Origin: Amphiscolops sp. MND2022
Lineage: Eukaryota
Assembly: GCA_964187785.1 (NCBI GenBank)
Contig: OZ076409.1
Location: 82,028,001-82,092,000 of the forward strand
Length of the DNA stretch: 64,000 bases
Reading direction: 5' to 3'
Shown here: positions 36,928-50,500 of the stretch, one piece after another
Numbering within the stretch: the stretch's first letter is position 1
Layout: every line of letters starts with the position of its first letter
The notes under the pieces: generated by a model
Told to the model about the DNA's origin: nothing
Databases searched by the model: none
What the model saw: only the letters and a program-made list of their open reading frames with translations
Translations under genes and position numbers: made by a program

Positions 36928-38597
36928 CCGTGGAAGTACAGGGTTGTTGAGGCGAGAGAAGTGAAATTTTCATCACGCGTCTCTGTAAAATGCTCTGTCG
37001 TTCGCACGACGATCAACGAGCTGGCAGCTTTTTGAAGCCACGGATTCCAATGGCTCTTCAGATCGGCAATGCGGCCTGTGTTCTAGGAACTGTGAGCGAC
37101 AGAGATGCGTTCGAAGAAATTTATTACATAAAGCCTATTTTTTTAAAAAAACTAATATTGCAGTTTTTGAAAAAAATTCTACCGGTCGACTGGGATAGTG
37201 GCTGGTATGAGTAGTTCGTTGGTTGTTTTTTCTGGTTACTGGGATAGTGGCTGGTATGGGGTTCCTTATTTTCGTTGCAGACACGGGTGTGTCTTTTCCC
37301 CCCAACATGATGATACACATGACACTTGATTGATGACCAAGATCCATGATATCTGATAGAAAAATAAGCTGAGAAAAAAATAATTACCAGTATTTTAGTG
37401 AAGTAGTTTTCGGTAAAGTGTGGATCCAAGTGAGAAGCAAAAACAATATTTTTATCTAACGCAGTAATGGTTTGATACTGTGTATGAGTATCATTCGCTG
37501 TCCCTTCGTTGCTCTGATAAAGTACAATTTGATATTTCACCCTATACTCTTCTTTATTGCGCCGAAGTAAATTGATCCTGTTTAAATTAACCCGAAATAA
37601 AATTAGTCCTACTTGCCAGTTGCAGATCATTGGTGTGTGCCATCCCTCAATCATTGCGACCAAAATGCTACCAGATTATTGACTTCGAATTCTGTCATTT
37701 GAGAGAGAAAAGAAACTTGATATGCGATTGTTGTTTCCGAACTCCGTTTTCAAGCATACGGCGTTGTGTCCTTAAATAAGAATGGATAACACCGGCGAAA
37801 TTGATAAGTAACTTTTTGACTGGAGAATGGCTCCATCAAATGATGGAAACTAGAGCTAGGCAGGGGTTGTCAATAAATTATTTATTTTGAATTAATTGCA
37901 ATAAAATTAATGCAATCATTTATATTGAAGTTTTCAAAATAATGATTTATTTTCAAATGACGATTACTTCTGCATGCAAAAACTAAAAATTTCACGTTTG
38001 GATTGGGTTCCATATTCGTCTGATGTCGTAGAGCGGTTTTTTAGCTGCGAAAAGTTTGTGTTTTCAGATTATCTGAAGGCTATAACTACTTTTCATTGAG
38101 TGCCAACATTTTCTAACGGTAAACCGCGGTTTTTGGGATATTTCAATTGTGAATCAGATAATTACTGAATAAACAAAAATCGGACAATTTTTGTTTTTAC
38201 TCAAAAACACTAGCAAAAAATTGCAATTATTTATTTTAAGACTTGAAAATATAAATAATTTATTTTTTGTAGAAACAATTGCATATATATTTTTTCAACC
38301 CGTGGCTGTAGGCGACCGCTTTTCTGGAAAATACTGAAGGTTTTTCATGGAGCATTTCTGATTGTTGAAATTGCAATTGAATGGAAATAGTTGACCACTT
38401 TTCGTAGTACTAGGTGTCCACTTGCGAGCGTCTTGCTGAATCGAATCAACGAATTCATCTCATCGAAAAAGTAAAAATAATCCACCGTCTCTTAAATACA
38501 TGCATTTTACGAATGAGTTGTAGTGTCTCTCTCAGTTCCATTTTTGTTAAATAGTTATTGTTTCTTTCAGAACAGTTTGTATCGACAATATTCTACA

Positions 38598-41500
38598 ATG
38601 ACGGGTTAGTCATTCTAATCTTCTTTACATTCAAATTCTTCCATTTTCTTTAATATTGGTTTTAATTTAGATTCTGAAAAACGTCAAAATGGAACAGCGA
38701 AGGAGAAAGGCCAAGGCAGCTTTGAGTTCGGTCAATATGACCGTGAAATCTATGACGCTGTTGCGAACAGGTTTGAAGGATATGACGATTCAATCGCTGT
38801 AAATGACAACAAAGATGTAAGTTAGTTTCCGATTTCCTATTTTTCAAATTTTGTTTGATTTAATGATCGAAGTATATAGAAAATCCTTGTTTGCCCATAT
38901 GTCTGAATTGATGACTCGCTCAAGATTTAAAAAGTGATTGTGCTGGTGCGTTATTTGAGGATATTGCGAAAATTTTCAGTTTCTACAGAACCAAAGTACC
39001 AAGTTGTAAGTTAATGGGGATCTTCTGAATGCGTCTTAAATACACTTGCTGCATGATACGATAGAACTGGCAAAACGTAAGAAAAACCTTCCATGCAAGA
39101 TTTGATAAAAGTTACTATATTTTCTGAATATCTCAGCAACGACATATTTTTTAGGTCGAGGGCAGCCAGTAAACTACGAACTTGCACGAAAGTTTGTAAG
39201 AGCTCGAAAATTTCACACTAGCTGCCAAAATTCTCTTTTTGAACTCTAGATTTTTTTAATCACAAAAACCAAGTATTACACGAAGATATCGTAAAGCTGT
39301 CGAAATTGAGTTTTTGGCACTTGTTTTTTGAACATTCGGAGCCTTTTTTATTCTATAAACCTCGGATTTCTCTCTTGAAAAGAGCGCTAAATAGGTACTT
39401 GTTTTGTCTTTTAATTCTGTATATAGTTAAAGATCACAAATTTGAAAAAAATGCATTACAAAGTCAAATTAAAAATTAGCATTTTTTGGTAATTTCGAGG
39501 TTTTTTCATAGGATAAACATCCCGTTTCTCTCTTTAAAAGTATTGAGTTGGGAGTTTTTGTCTGCGAACTTTGTGTAATAGCCACCAAAACATGGACACC
39601 AACATGAAAGTTAAATAAAAATATCCAAAACAAATGGTTATTGGCTTTTTCTGCGCAGTTTTATATAATAAACTTCAGATTTCCCTATTATAAGGTATCA
39701 AGTGAATGTTTTTGTGAACTCGAAAACGTTCAAAAATAGTATAGAAAGTACTTAAAACTAGTTTCTTGGCCATCATGGCATTTCTGGAAGAAAAAACATC
39801 TGATTTCTTTTCTAAAAAGTATGTTGGTTAACTTATTGTTTCGTTGTGGAACTCTGTAGATATTCTTATCTTTGAAAACATTCAAAAACTGTTCAGAAGG
39901 TGCATAAATTATTTTTTGTAGGAATTTTTACCAAAAAAGTTCTAATATCTCGATATATATACTTATCCTACGAACCTAATTTTATGGCAGTTGAATTCCG
40001 TGGAACAACCTCCTTAAATTGGGTATAAAATTGGAACATAGCAAATAAAAACATAGCAAAGACTGAAATAAGCGTTCACAGTGTTTTATCCCAGAAAATT
40101 AAGGTTCAGCTTTTCAGAAGTAACATAGTTTTCATTATTAAAATCCTTGATTGAAATTACGGGGTTATTTCAGGACGAAGATGAAGATGTTTCAACACCC
40201 TTGCTCCACCAGAAATCTGGGTACACAGCACCGGTGGCACTTCTTAACCAGCTTCAAAAACAAGGACAGGTAAGAATTTTCGCCCAAGCTGTTCAAAAAA
40301 ATTCTTAGTTTGACTACCGTATGGATTCTTGAGCTCGTATGGATCAGAGGTGTGACAGCGTTAGCGACAATTAGGGCGTTAGCCAACATTTTTATTCGCT
40401 AAAAAGAATGCAAAAAAGCTAATGCAATAATTTAATGCGAATAATTTGACATGTCATTGGCTGTGGCGTGTCTTTTATTTTCATTGACAATTTTGATCCA
40501 GAAAGTTTTGGCTGCCAGTACAGCTTCAGTCGAACAGTTATTCAGTGTCGCCGGCAGTGTGCAGAATCCAAGGCGAATTATATTTTGCCCAATAAATTCA
40601 AAATTTGTTACTTTCAAAGTAAAATTCTGAAATTTAAATGAATATATTGGAAATAAGTTTTTTTAATGAGCGATTAGCGAACACATTTTGTTATAGCGAT
40701 AGCGATGAAACCGAGCCATTAGCGATTACCGATAAAATAGTTAGCGATGACACCTCTGGTATGGATCCAGTATTAAATGGATTAAATGGTTTAAGGAATT
40801 CGTGTCAAACCGAAGGAAAGTTGGTTTTTGAAACTAAGATTTCGTATTGTCTCTAAGATGTCGAAACGATACATGCCTGAAACAATTTTTTAAAACTGGT
40901 TCAAAAATAATGAACGAAACATCCTAAATGAAGTGTTGAATTGAAAGAAGTTAAAAGCATCTTCCTAAAAGTGTACAACAAAGTTCCTTTTTATCCTATC
41001 AAACTTCTCATTAATCACACACAATCAAACTAAATGGCCTAGCGGTACTTTTTTAAAGCAGCCTGCCTTTTTTCAATTTCTGATCCGTTTTGCCAATACC
41101 CCATATTCTCCAGCACAATTTCTTGGTTCCGTGTTTGGTCGGAACGGCACAAGCATTAGCAAAAGTGAATTTTTCTCCAAAGCTGCGAAAAATTCGGTTT
41201 TTCTTGCAAGAAGACGGTTATACTTTTCCAAAATTACCTTTTTTGGCAAAATCCAGTTTTCTCAAACGTTCTTGGCCCATGAAGAAAAGCAACCAAATAC
41301 CATTCCACAACAAGACTTTGTGCAGTAAAACCAACTTGTGTGCTGTTGTTACTACAAGCCTCCGCGCTGTGGTGGTACCTGAAAAAGAAACTAAAATTCT
41401 GGAGAATGGGGCGCGCTATAGTTCATTTCTCTGGTATGCGTAGTTGTGGAGATATTAATGATTGGTAATTTTTATTCTAATTTTTCGAAAATTGGTAAAA

Positions 41501-44500
41501 ACGCCCAGCATGGTTGCGAAAAAAACACGATTTGAGCAAAAAAATGTGCATTTAGCGTTTAAAACGTTTTAAACATGTTTAAAAACACATTATGTTTACA
41601 ATTATTTTTTCAACATGCGCTTTGATAAACGTAAGTTTTCCAAGTTTTTTCATGTCAAGTCGGTTTCGTGAATCATCTTGAATGAAACCCATTGCACTAA
41701 AAACTCATCCGAGAGCCGCTGAGCTGGGGTATAGCTTTTCGAACATCAGTCCCAGCTGTTCAAGTACCAAAGCTCTCATTTTGTTCATTTTTTCGGCATT
41801 ATCAGTGACAAGACAACAATTTCACAGTTTTGTGTTCAGCTTCGATTTTGATCATAAAAAACCGATGATAATTTTTGCCCATAGACAGCCCAAGCTGTGA
41901 TCGCTTATATCTTCTAGAGACACAAAACGTTTGTTGCCACTTTGAACGCAAAATCCCAAAATTGATTCGTTGACATTGCTCCGACAGTGTAACAGCCTCG
42001 TCTTTAAGTTGACTGACAGTGCCTTGTTTGAGTTCGTTGTCAACAGAATCCAGAAGATGACACAAAACTTCTTCTCGGTTAGGCGAAGAATATCCGGATG
42101 TAGGCCGCTGACCAATTGGACTTCAAATAGTCGAGGAATTGTTTTTTGAAGAAAAAACTCCATATCCCATAGCTGAAAAAAACTAAAAGGGCCTAAAAAG
42201 TTGGAGAATAACTTTCAATTATGGTAAAAGGCTGTTTGTTGTTGACCTCTTGTCTTTTTCAGGACTTTGACCCGATGGCAGAATCAAGAATTCCGCGAGT
42301 GGCCGATCGTGAAAACGATTATCAAATGAAGCGGAGACAGTTGGTGATTTCCCCCGAACGACACGATCCTTTCTCAGGTTAATAGCATATCTGTCTTAGG
42401 ATAAAAAATACTATGTTGTTGTCAGAGTAATTAATTACTCGTCCTTTTTTGCACATCTACCCTTTGCATCAAGTCTGCCGCGAGGATGTTAGGGTCACAG
42501 TTTTGGGCAGATTCATTTTGGGCACCAGTGGGAAACGTTTCTACTCTCTGGAAAATCGAGCTGACGTTGCCGAAGACTCATATCAACACGTTTCGACGTG
42601 ATTGGTGATTGTTTTAGGGTGTCTAAATTGCGAAAGAATGTCAAGCCGTGTCGGTGCTACTTGGTTTGATAAATCTTGCTCTAGAAAGTTGAATTTAATT
42701 AGGCAACTTTCCCTAGACATTTATAATCACTCTACTGGCATCTAACCGGTAGAGTTCTCTTTTATAGGACTGACGAGGAATCTTCCCGACGACCAGATGA
42801 TGAATTCCAGGTACCAGAGATCAATGCAGACAACTAACGGCCTCTTTTTTGTCAATGATCTTGAAACGACTTGATAATTATTTCACGAAAAAATGAACTA
42901 GAAGCCATATTTTTGCGCCAGTGTTTTGAATAGCTTTCGAATATTAAATTTAAAGGTTTGGTATTCAAGTGAAGGCTTTTCTGTAAAGTGAATTTTTGGT
43001 GTAAAGGATACACAAAATATGTAGTTAAAGTCTGAAATGATCAGGGATGCTCTAAAGGGAAGGTGGGAGACATTGTTATTATTGCATTTTTCATGGACTT
43101 GGTTTTGTTTTCAGGGGGAAAAACTCCGGACTTGAACTCAAGGACGTTTGCTGATGCTATGAAAGAGCAAGAAAACAACCGAGACAGAGTAAGTCCTTTG
43201 GAACCTTTTGTACGATTTGTTACAATTTTTCTCATCTGAATTTAGTAACTTTTTCAAGGTCTCATTGATGCAAAAACTGGCTGCCAAGCAACAGGACGGA
43301 ACTTTGAAACCCGTGTCAAGTGGTACAATTAGTGACGAGCGGAAAAGAAAGCGATGGGATTTGGCATCTGCAGAACCAGAGACACCTCAGCCCCAACAAA
43401 AAGCAGCTGCTTACGATTTTGCAGAAGCTCAAACTCCTCACATGCAGAGATGGGATGAAACTCCGGGCAGACCTAAGGGTTCAGACACACCGGGTGTCAC
43501 CCCATCAGCAAGTACCAGGATGTGGGAAGCCACACCAAGTTACATGACTCCTTCTGCTGCAACCCCGTCTCAGACACCAGGTACTGTGACTCCTGGAAGA
43601 ACACCGGCAGGAGGTGGTGGGCAAACTCCAAGTGCTCGTCGAAACAGATGGGACGAAACTCCGAAAACTGACCGTGAGACGCCTGGACATCCCAGTGGTT
43701 GGGCAGAGACACCTCGCACTGACAGAGGAGGGGATGCAATTGCAACTGAAAACACGCCCACTCCAAGTGCGTCTAAACGAAAAAGCAGATGGGACGAAAC
43801 ACCAGCTGCGGGTGGTGCCACCCCGTCTACTCCCATAACTCCTGCCGGGACCATGACACCCAGTGGAGGCGTGACACCATCAGGCTTGGGTGGCATTACT
43901 CCCGGGTCGATGACCCCCAACAGTGCTGTGGGTATGTTTACCCCTAGTGGAGCTACACCTGTCGGTTTCAAGGCTATGGGAATGGCTACTCCCAGCCCGG
44001 CTGGCATTGTCACTCCAGAACAAATGTACGCCTTCCGTCTTGAGAAAGAAATGGACGATCGTAACAGAGCATTGACTGATCAGGATTTGGATGCTATGCT
44101 ACCTGAGGGGTATAAGGTTTTGCCTCCTCCCGCTAATTATGTTCCCCTCGCTACACCTAACAGGAGACTTACGGCTACTCCAACGCCCATATCTATGCTC
44201 AGTGGCGCAACTCCGGTTGGATTTCACATGCAATCCGAGGAGCCAACAAAAGTTGGGCTGGAGCAAATGCCGTCTGGAAATTTGCCGTTCTTGAAACCAG
44301 ATGATGAACAGTATTTCGGCAAGTTGTTGACTGAAGTGGATGAAGAATCCTTGCCAATTGAAGAGCAGAAAGAACGCAGAATCATGAAGCTGCTTCTCAA
44401 GATCAAAAACGGAACACCGCCAATGAGGAAGAGTGCACTTCGCCAAATAACCGATAAAGCCAGAGAGTTCGGAGCAGGACCCCTTTTCAACCAGATTCTA

Positions 44501-47500
44501 CCCTTGCTGATGTCACCGACTCTAGAGGACCAGGAGAGACATTTGCTTGTTAAAGTTATTGATCGTATTCTGTACAAATTAGATGACCTGGTTCGACCCT
44601 ACGTCCACAAGGTGAATATTGTCTTTCTTGAATTGATTCCTGAAGCACTTCGCGAATAGATCTTGAAAAATATGGTTCCAATTGATATTAGATATTCACT
44701 GCGACGCTGATGCCAATGAAGTGTTTAAGCGCTCAACAGCGCTATGAAATGCGTTAATTATATAATGTGCGAGTTCGATGGTTGTACTTTCTTCCTGATT
44801 TTTGTCATGAACTATGTTCACTAAATGTTTATAGAATAATAAGATTATTGCGTCAAAAATTCATCTGGAGATTAGCAGATAAACGTTCATGAGCGATTGG
44901 GTTTGAGTTAACTTTTTGTTTGTTCTATAGATCCTGGTCGTGATCGAACCGCTTCTCATCGACGAAGACTACTACGCACGTGTGGAAGGCAGAGAAATTA
45001 TTTCCAACTTGGCCAAAGCTGCTGGATTGGCCCAAATGATCTCGACCATGAGGCCGGACATTGACAACTTGGACGAGTACGTGAGAAACACAACTGCCAG
45101 GGCATTCGCAGTTGTGGCATCTGCTCTCGGAATCCCCTCCCTGCTACCCTTTCTCAAGGCCGTGTGCAAGAGTAAGAAGTCTTGGCAGGCTCGGCACACG
45201 GGAATTAAGATCGTGCAACAGATTTCAATCCTCATGGGATGTGCAATTTTGCCTCATCTGAGGAACTTGGTTGAAATTATTGAACATGGTAAGTCCAAAT
45301 TGCGTTTGTTTGTTTTCTTGTAAGCGTTCATCAATCTGTTGCAAGTTTCAGTCGGTAAAAGATTGTTTTGAGAAAATGTGGCTTTTGCATGAGTGAAAGG
45401 ATTGCCAAGTCTCTTGTTATATTCAAATGGAGATGATGACTCGAGTATCTTCAAAAATTTTGAGACAGAAATTTAGTTTTTGATGTTTCTGCGTGAGGTG
45501 GAATTTCATTAGAAATAGTAAACGTTAGTTTTTTCTAGCTAGAAATTCATGACAAGTTGGCTTCCCCTAGTCTAGCTCTCTTGGAGATGAGAGGGCATTT
45601 TTATTGATATGTGTTCACTAATCAATCGCGCATAGACTTCCGCCTGCATTTGAATAAAAATGCTAAAAGTCATTGCTATTTAAGGGTAATATTTCCGTTT
45701 ATCTCAGTGGCAAAACCTATTGTCCAAGATTTGGATGCTTCCAGTCAAGTTTCCTAAGTTTACACTTTCGCTAAGTCAAAAACTGACAATGTTTCCAAGA
45801 AACTTCTGCAAATATTTTATTCCGAAACTGACGTGGAAATGATAGGTAAATAAAAAGTTGTTTTGATAGGTTTGGTGGACACAGAGCAGAAGGTTCGAAC
45901 AATCACAGCCCTTGCATTGGCTGCCCTCGCAGAAGCAGCTACCCCATACGGTATCGAAAGTTTTGACAGTGTACTGAAACCCCTGTGGAAGGGTATCCGG
46001 CAACACAGAGGCAAAGGTCTTGCAGCCTTCCTCAAAGCCATTGGCTATCTCATCCCTCTCATGGACGCCGAGTCTGCCAACTACTACACCCGAGAAGTGA
46101 TGTTGGTTCTCGTCAGAGAGTTTCAGAGTCCCGACGAGGAGATGAAAAAGATCGTGCTCAAAGTGGTCAAGCAGTGCTGTGCCACCGATGGTGTGGAGCC
46201 AGGATACATTAGAGATGAGATTCTACCACCCTACTTCAAGTATTTCTGGAATCATAGGATGGCCATGGATAAAAGAAATTACAGACAGGTAAACTTTGAT
46301 TTTTTTAATAAACCGTTTCATTGACTTAGTTATTAAAACTACTTCCATCATCATTTGTTTCACAATGAATTGAAATCGTAAGAATCATATAGTTCTATGA
46401 TCAACATTCAACTTTGAACTGATTAAGAATTTTCAACTCTTTTGCTTTCCAGTTGGTTGACACGACAGTGGAGATTGCGAATAAAGTCGGATCGGCAGAG
46501 ATTGTGCGCAAAGTGGTGGATGACCTAAAAGACGAGTCTGAGCAGTACCGTAAGATGGTGATGGAAACGATTGAGAAGATCATGTCCTCCATGGGCGCCA
46601 CAGAAATAGACAACAGACTGGAAGAACAGCTCATCGACGGTATCTTGTATGCCTTCCAGGAACAAACCACAGAAGACATTGTCATTCTGAACGGCTTTGG
46701 GGCCATAGTCACAGCTCTGGGCGAACGAGTGAAGCCCTATTTACCACAGATCTGTGGTACCGTATTGTGGCGACTGAACAACAAGACAGCCAAAGTGAGA
46801 CAACAGGCTGCCGATTTGATTGCAAGAATTGCTGCTGTGATGAAGATATGCCAGGAAGTTCGTAAATGTTTTGCATTTTCCCATAGCGAAAAGATGCTTT
46901 TTCTGGAGTCGAAAAAAGTTTCGACTACTTATGCACTCGTACCTTTTCTCCCGATCTTTCAAAGAAAATTTCTCAAAAACTGTCCATATGATTTTTATGA
47001 AATTTAATCCAGTCATTCTACACCCGAAGGCGTGCGCAATGGCATCCAAATCGTATGACTGAGATCTCAGAAATATAGCCAAAATTAGTCCAAACAAGAC
47101 GGGAACGTCTAAAGTCAGCGCTATATCTAAGGCTCAAAAAGCGCAAAGTTTTTAAATTGTAAAAGGAGGGACCCTTTGGGCTTTTTGAAAGTCCAGTTTG
47201 TTGCAAAATATCAAAAAAATGAAGGGGGACCCTTTGGAGACTATAAAAAATTTTCGAAAACGAAAAATGAGAATTTTGAAACCGTCTCATAGTGCCGAAA
47301 AACTTAAAGGGGAGACCCTTTGGGCTTTTTGAAACTTCAGTTTGCTGCAAAATGTCGAAAAACTTTAAGGGGTGACCCTGGCGAGAAAAAAATTTCGAAA
47401 AAAAGTCGCACATTGCCGAAAACTCAAAGGAGGGACCCTATAGTCTCGTCCGGTTTTGTATCTTACGTTAAAAAGGGAATAAATGAAAGGGGGGACTTAG

Positions 47501-50500
47501 ATGCGTTTCCGTTTGCCGGTCCAGTAGTTTAGTAGTTCTGTAAAAAGTGTCCACTACGCATACATTCTGTTATCTGACGAAAAAAAACTTGCCACTGTAA
47601 TAATCGGGCTCATCTTGTTAAAATGTGCCGTTTAAGAACGGCATTTTTGGACATTTTTTCGATTTTCTCAAAAACTGTCTATATGATTTGAACGAAATTT
47701 GTTGATGATTCTACACAATATCAGGATCCTATGTGTGCAATTACATCAAAATAGTATGACTTGGATCTCAAAACAGCCAAAACTAGTCGAAAAATGACTA
47801 AATGACAAAGTACGTGATTTGTTTCTCAATATTTTAATCCGTTTCCGACTCACATGCGGCTCTTATTTCTATCGTCAAGATGATTTTTTAGTCGGCGCTT
47901 CATGATGTGAAACGCGACAATTATAGTGACTCTTTTATCTCAATCCACACGAACTGACCAAAATAGTTCTTCAAAAAATCTACGAAATATTATGGTGTCA
48001 AATTGAACCATTTCGCCTAGCGAACTGAACCAAAAAGGTTTTTCCGCGTAACATACAGTACCGGGCGAGACTAAAATGTCTCCCTTTCAGTTTTTTTCGG
48101 CATTGAGACTTTTTTCGGAATTCTTTTTTAACCAAAAGGTCCCCTCTTCATTTTTTAGTCGGCACTTTATCCTTTTAAGGAAAAATGTCCGACTATAGCA
48201 GTGACTTTTTTCTTCAGACTGCAATCCTCACTGATCGGTCCACTTTTTAGAAACAATCCTGAAACCACCTAAGGCCAAGTCCGGCCAAGGCAAACTTAGT
48301 TCAAAGGTTCCCCCTTTCATTTTTTACTTTTTCAAGGTAACCTACAAAACCGGATGGGACTAAAAGAGCGTTTTGATTTTTTCGGCACTGTGCGACTTTT
48401 TTCGAAAAAAATTTTAATGTCTCAAAAGGGTCCCCCCTTCGAGTTTTTTTATATTTTGCAACTGAATGTATGTTAATAAATCCCAAAGTCCCCCTTTTAC
48501 ATTTTTCGGCACTATGCGACATTTTCCGAGAAAAAATTTTCAAGTTTTTCTTCCAAAAAAATGTTTTGCGCCTTTTGAGCCTTGGATATAGCGCCGACTT
48601 TAGACGTTCTCGTCTTGTTTTCTATCCACACGAACTGACCAAAATAGTTCTTAAAAGTTCTACAAAATATTATTGCACCAAATTGCACTATTTGGCCTAG
48701 CGAACTGAACCAAAAAGGTTTTTCCTGTTTTTCCGCGTAACATACCATACCGGGCGAGACCAAAGTGTCCCCCCTTTCATATTTTTTTCGGCACTGCGAG
48801 ACTTTTTTTTCGAAAAAAAAATTTTTCCCCAAAGGGTTCCCCTGCATTTTTTTGATGTTTTCCGACAGAATGGATGTTGAAAAATCCCAAAGGGTCCCCC
48901 CTTTCAGTTTTTTTCGGCATTGTGAGATTTTTTCCCGAAAATAAAAATTTTTGTTTTCTTCAATTTTTTCATGTTTTGCGACAGAATGGATGTTGAAAAA
49001 CCTCAAAGGGTCCCCCTTTCAGTTTTTCGGCATTGTGAGACTTTAGCGCGCTAGGGGCTCGCACTAGCGAGCCCCGGCGCGCCACTAGGTCCATTTTTTT
49101 GAGTATGTAATTTTTTCGAAAATTTTTTTTCGAAAAATTTTCGATTTTCGAGTACTGTAAAAGAATACTTGACACTTGGAAGTCTTTTTGCTATTTTTGA
49201 GCCTTGGATATGGCGCCGACTTGGGCCGGTCCCGGCTTGTTAAAAGCAATACTCACTAGGGAAAATCAAAGGAGTTGATCTCCTTTTAAATACTTTTTCT
49301 AGGAATTTGGTGAATAATGAAATTCTTACCTAAATTCCTGTGAATCCTTGATATACTAACTATTAAGTGAACAAATTCTCTGTCGTTTATAAAAGTTTAA
49401 TTTCAGGAGAAACTCATGGGTCATTTGGGAATTGTTTTTTTGTACGAGTACTTGGGCGAAGAATACCCCGAGGTGCTGGGAAGTATTCTTGGGGCGCTGA
49501 AAGCTATTGTGAATGTGATTGGAATGACTAAAATGACTCCACCCATCAAAGATCTCTTGCCCAGACTGACTCCCATCTTGAAAAACAGACACGAGAAAGT
49601 GCAAGAGAACTGTATTGACCTGGTTGGCAGAATTGCAGACCGCGGATCCGAGTATGTGAGTGCCAGAGAATGGATGCGAATCTGCTTCGAGTTGCTGGAA
49701 TTGTTGAAAGCTCACAAGAAGAGTATCCGACGAGCATCAGTTAACACATTTGGATACATCGCCAAGGCTATTGGGTAAGCTTTATGATTTTGATTGATTT
49801 TCGCACGTATCGTCTATTTTAACGAGGAGATTGAACGTGTATTCGAAGGTGGTTATTTTCTTTTAAAGTGAATCAACCGAGTTTATCAAAACAACTGCCT
49901 TTGTTCGCCTTGGACTTAGAACGGAGTCATTTTTTAGTCGGCGCTGTTCTTAGAAAACGCAGACTATAGCAGTGACTTCCTTTTTTTCTTTTTTAGGACC
50001 AACGAAGTGACAGATTTTTAAGCTTTATAAGCTGGCTCCCACTAACAATAACTGCCACACTAAACTGCTACTTCTACTGGCACTTGGCATAGGTTAATTA
50101 GGATTTTTTGAGGTCTGCCTAGCAGAAGGACGTGGGTTCGAGTCTCGCCCTTGACCAAAAATTTTTTCCTTCTTTGTGAGACTTTTTTTCGCAAATTTTT
50201 TTAATGTCTCCAAAGGATCCCCCCTTCAATTTCTTCTATCTTGCAACAGAATGGATGTTCAAAAAAATCCCAAAGGGTCCCCCCTTTTACATTTTTGGCA
50301 CTATGCGAATTACCGGAGACTTCAAAAAATTTCGAAAAAATTGGGGAATTTTTTTCCTCATTCGGGTACTGTAGAAGAAAGTATTTGACACTTTGAAGTC
50401 CTTTGCTATTTTTGAGCCTTAGATATAGCGCCGACTTGGGTCGTTCCCGGCTTGTTCGCATGGTATGGTCAAAACGTGGTATCTTGAATTGAAGTATATG

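Larger units (their letters stand above)
33900..37130 (+). mobile_element. Decayed CRE-like non-LTR retrotransposon (RT plus restriction-like endonuclease)
   Basis: SAGLDGMSPQLLKDL, LIAIKKPD, QVGVG, LKIDFENVFNSINR, QQGDP, LDDG, GGLGV, CHCG, EPRGLYRTDGKRADG...WEVTVVD, LQIGNAACVLGT. Frameshifted, with two MITE insertions. Confidence 0.82.

Noticed and set aside
37124..37663. 179-aa minus-strand ORF
   Set aside because: AT-rich, spans a short direct repeat and the end of the CRE-like element, and has no recognisable motif.
43497..44577. Minus-strand ORFs opposite SF3B1 exon 6 (and similar ones opposite gag/pol)
   Set aside because: Shadow frames of real coding sequence.
50085..50160. Functional tRNA gene
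   Set aside because: No acceptor stem or anticodon arm can be folded.
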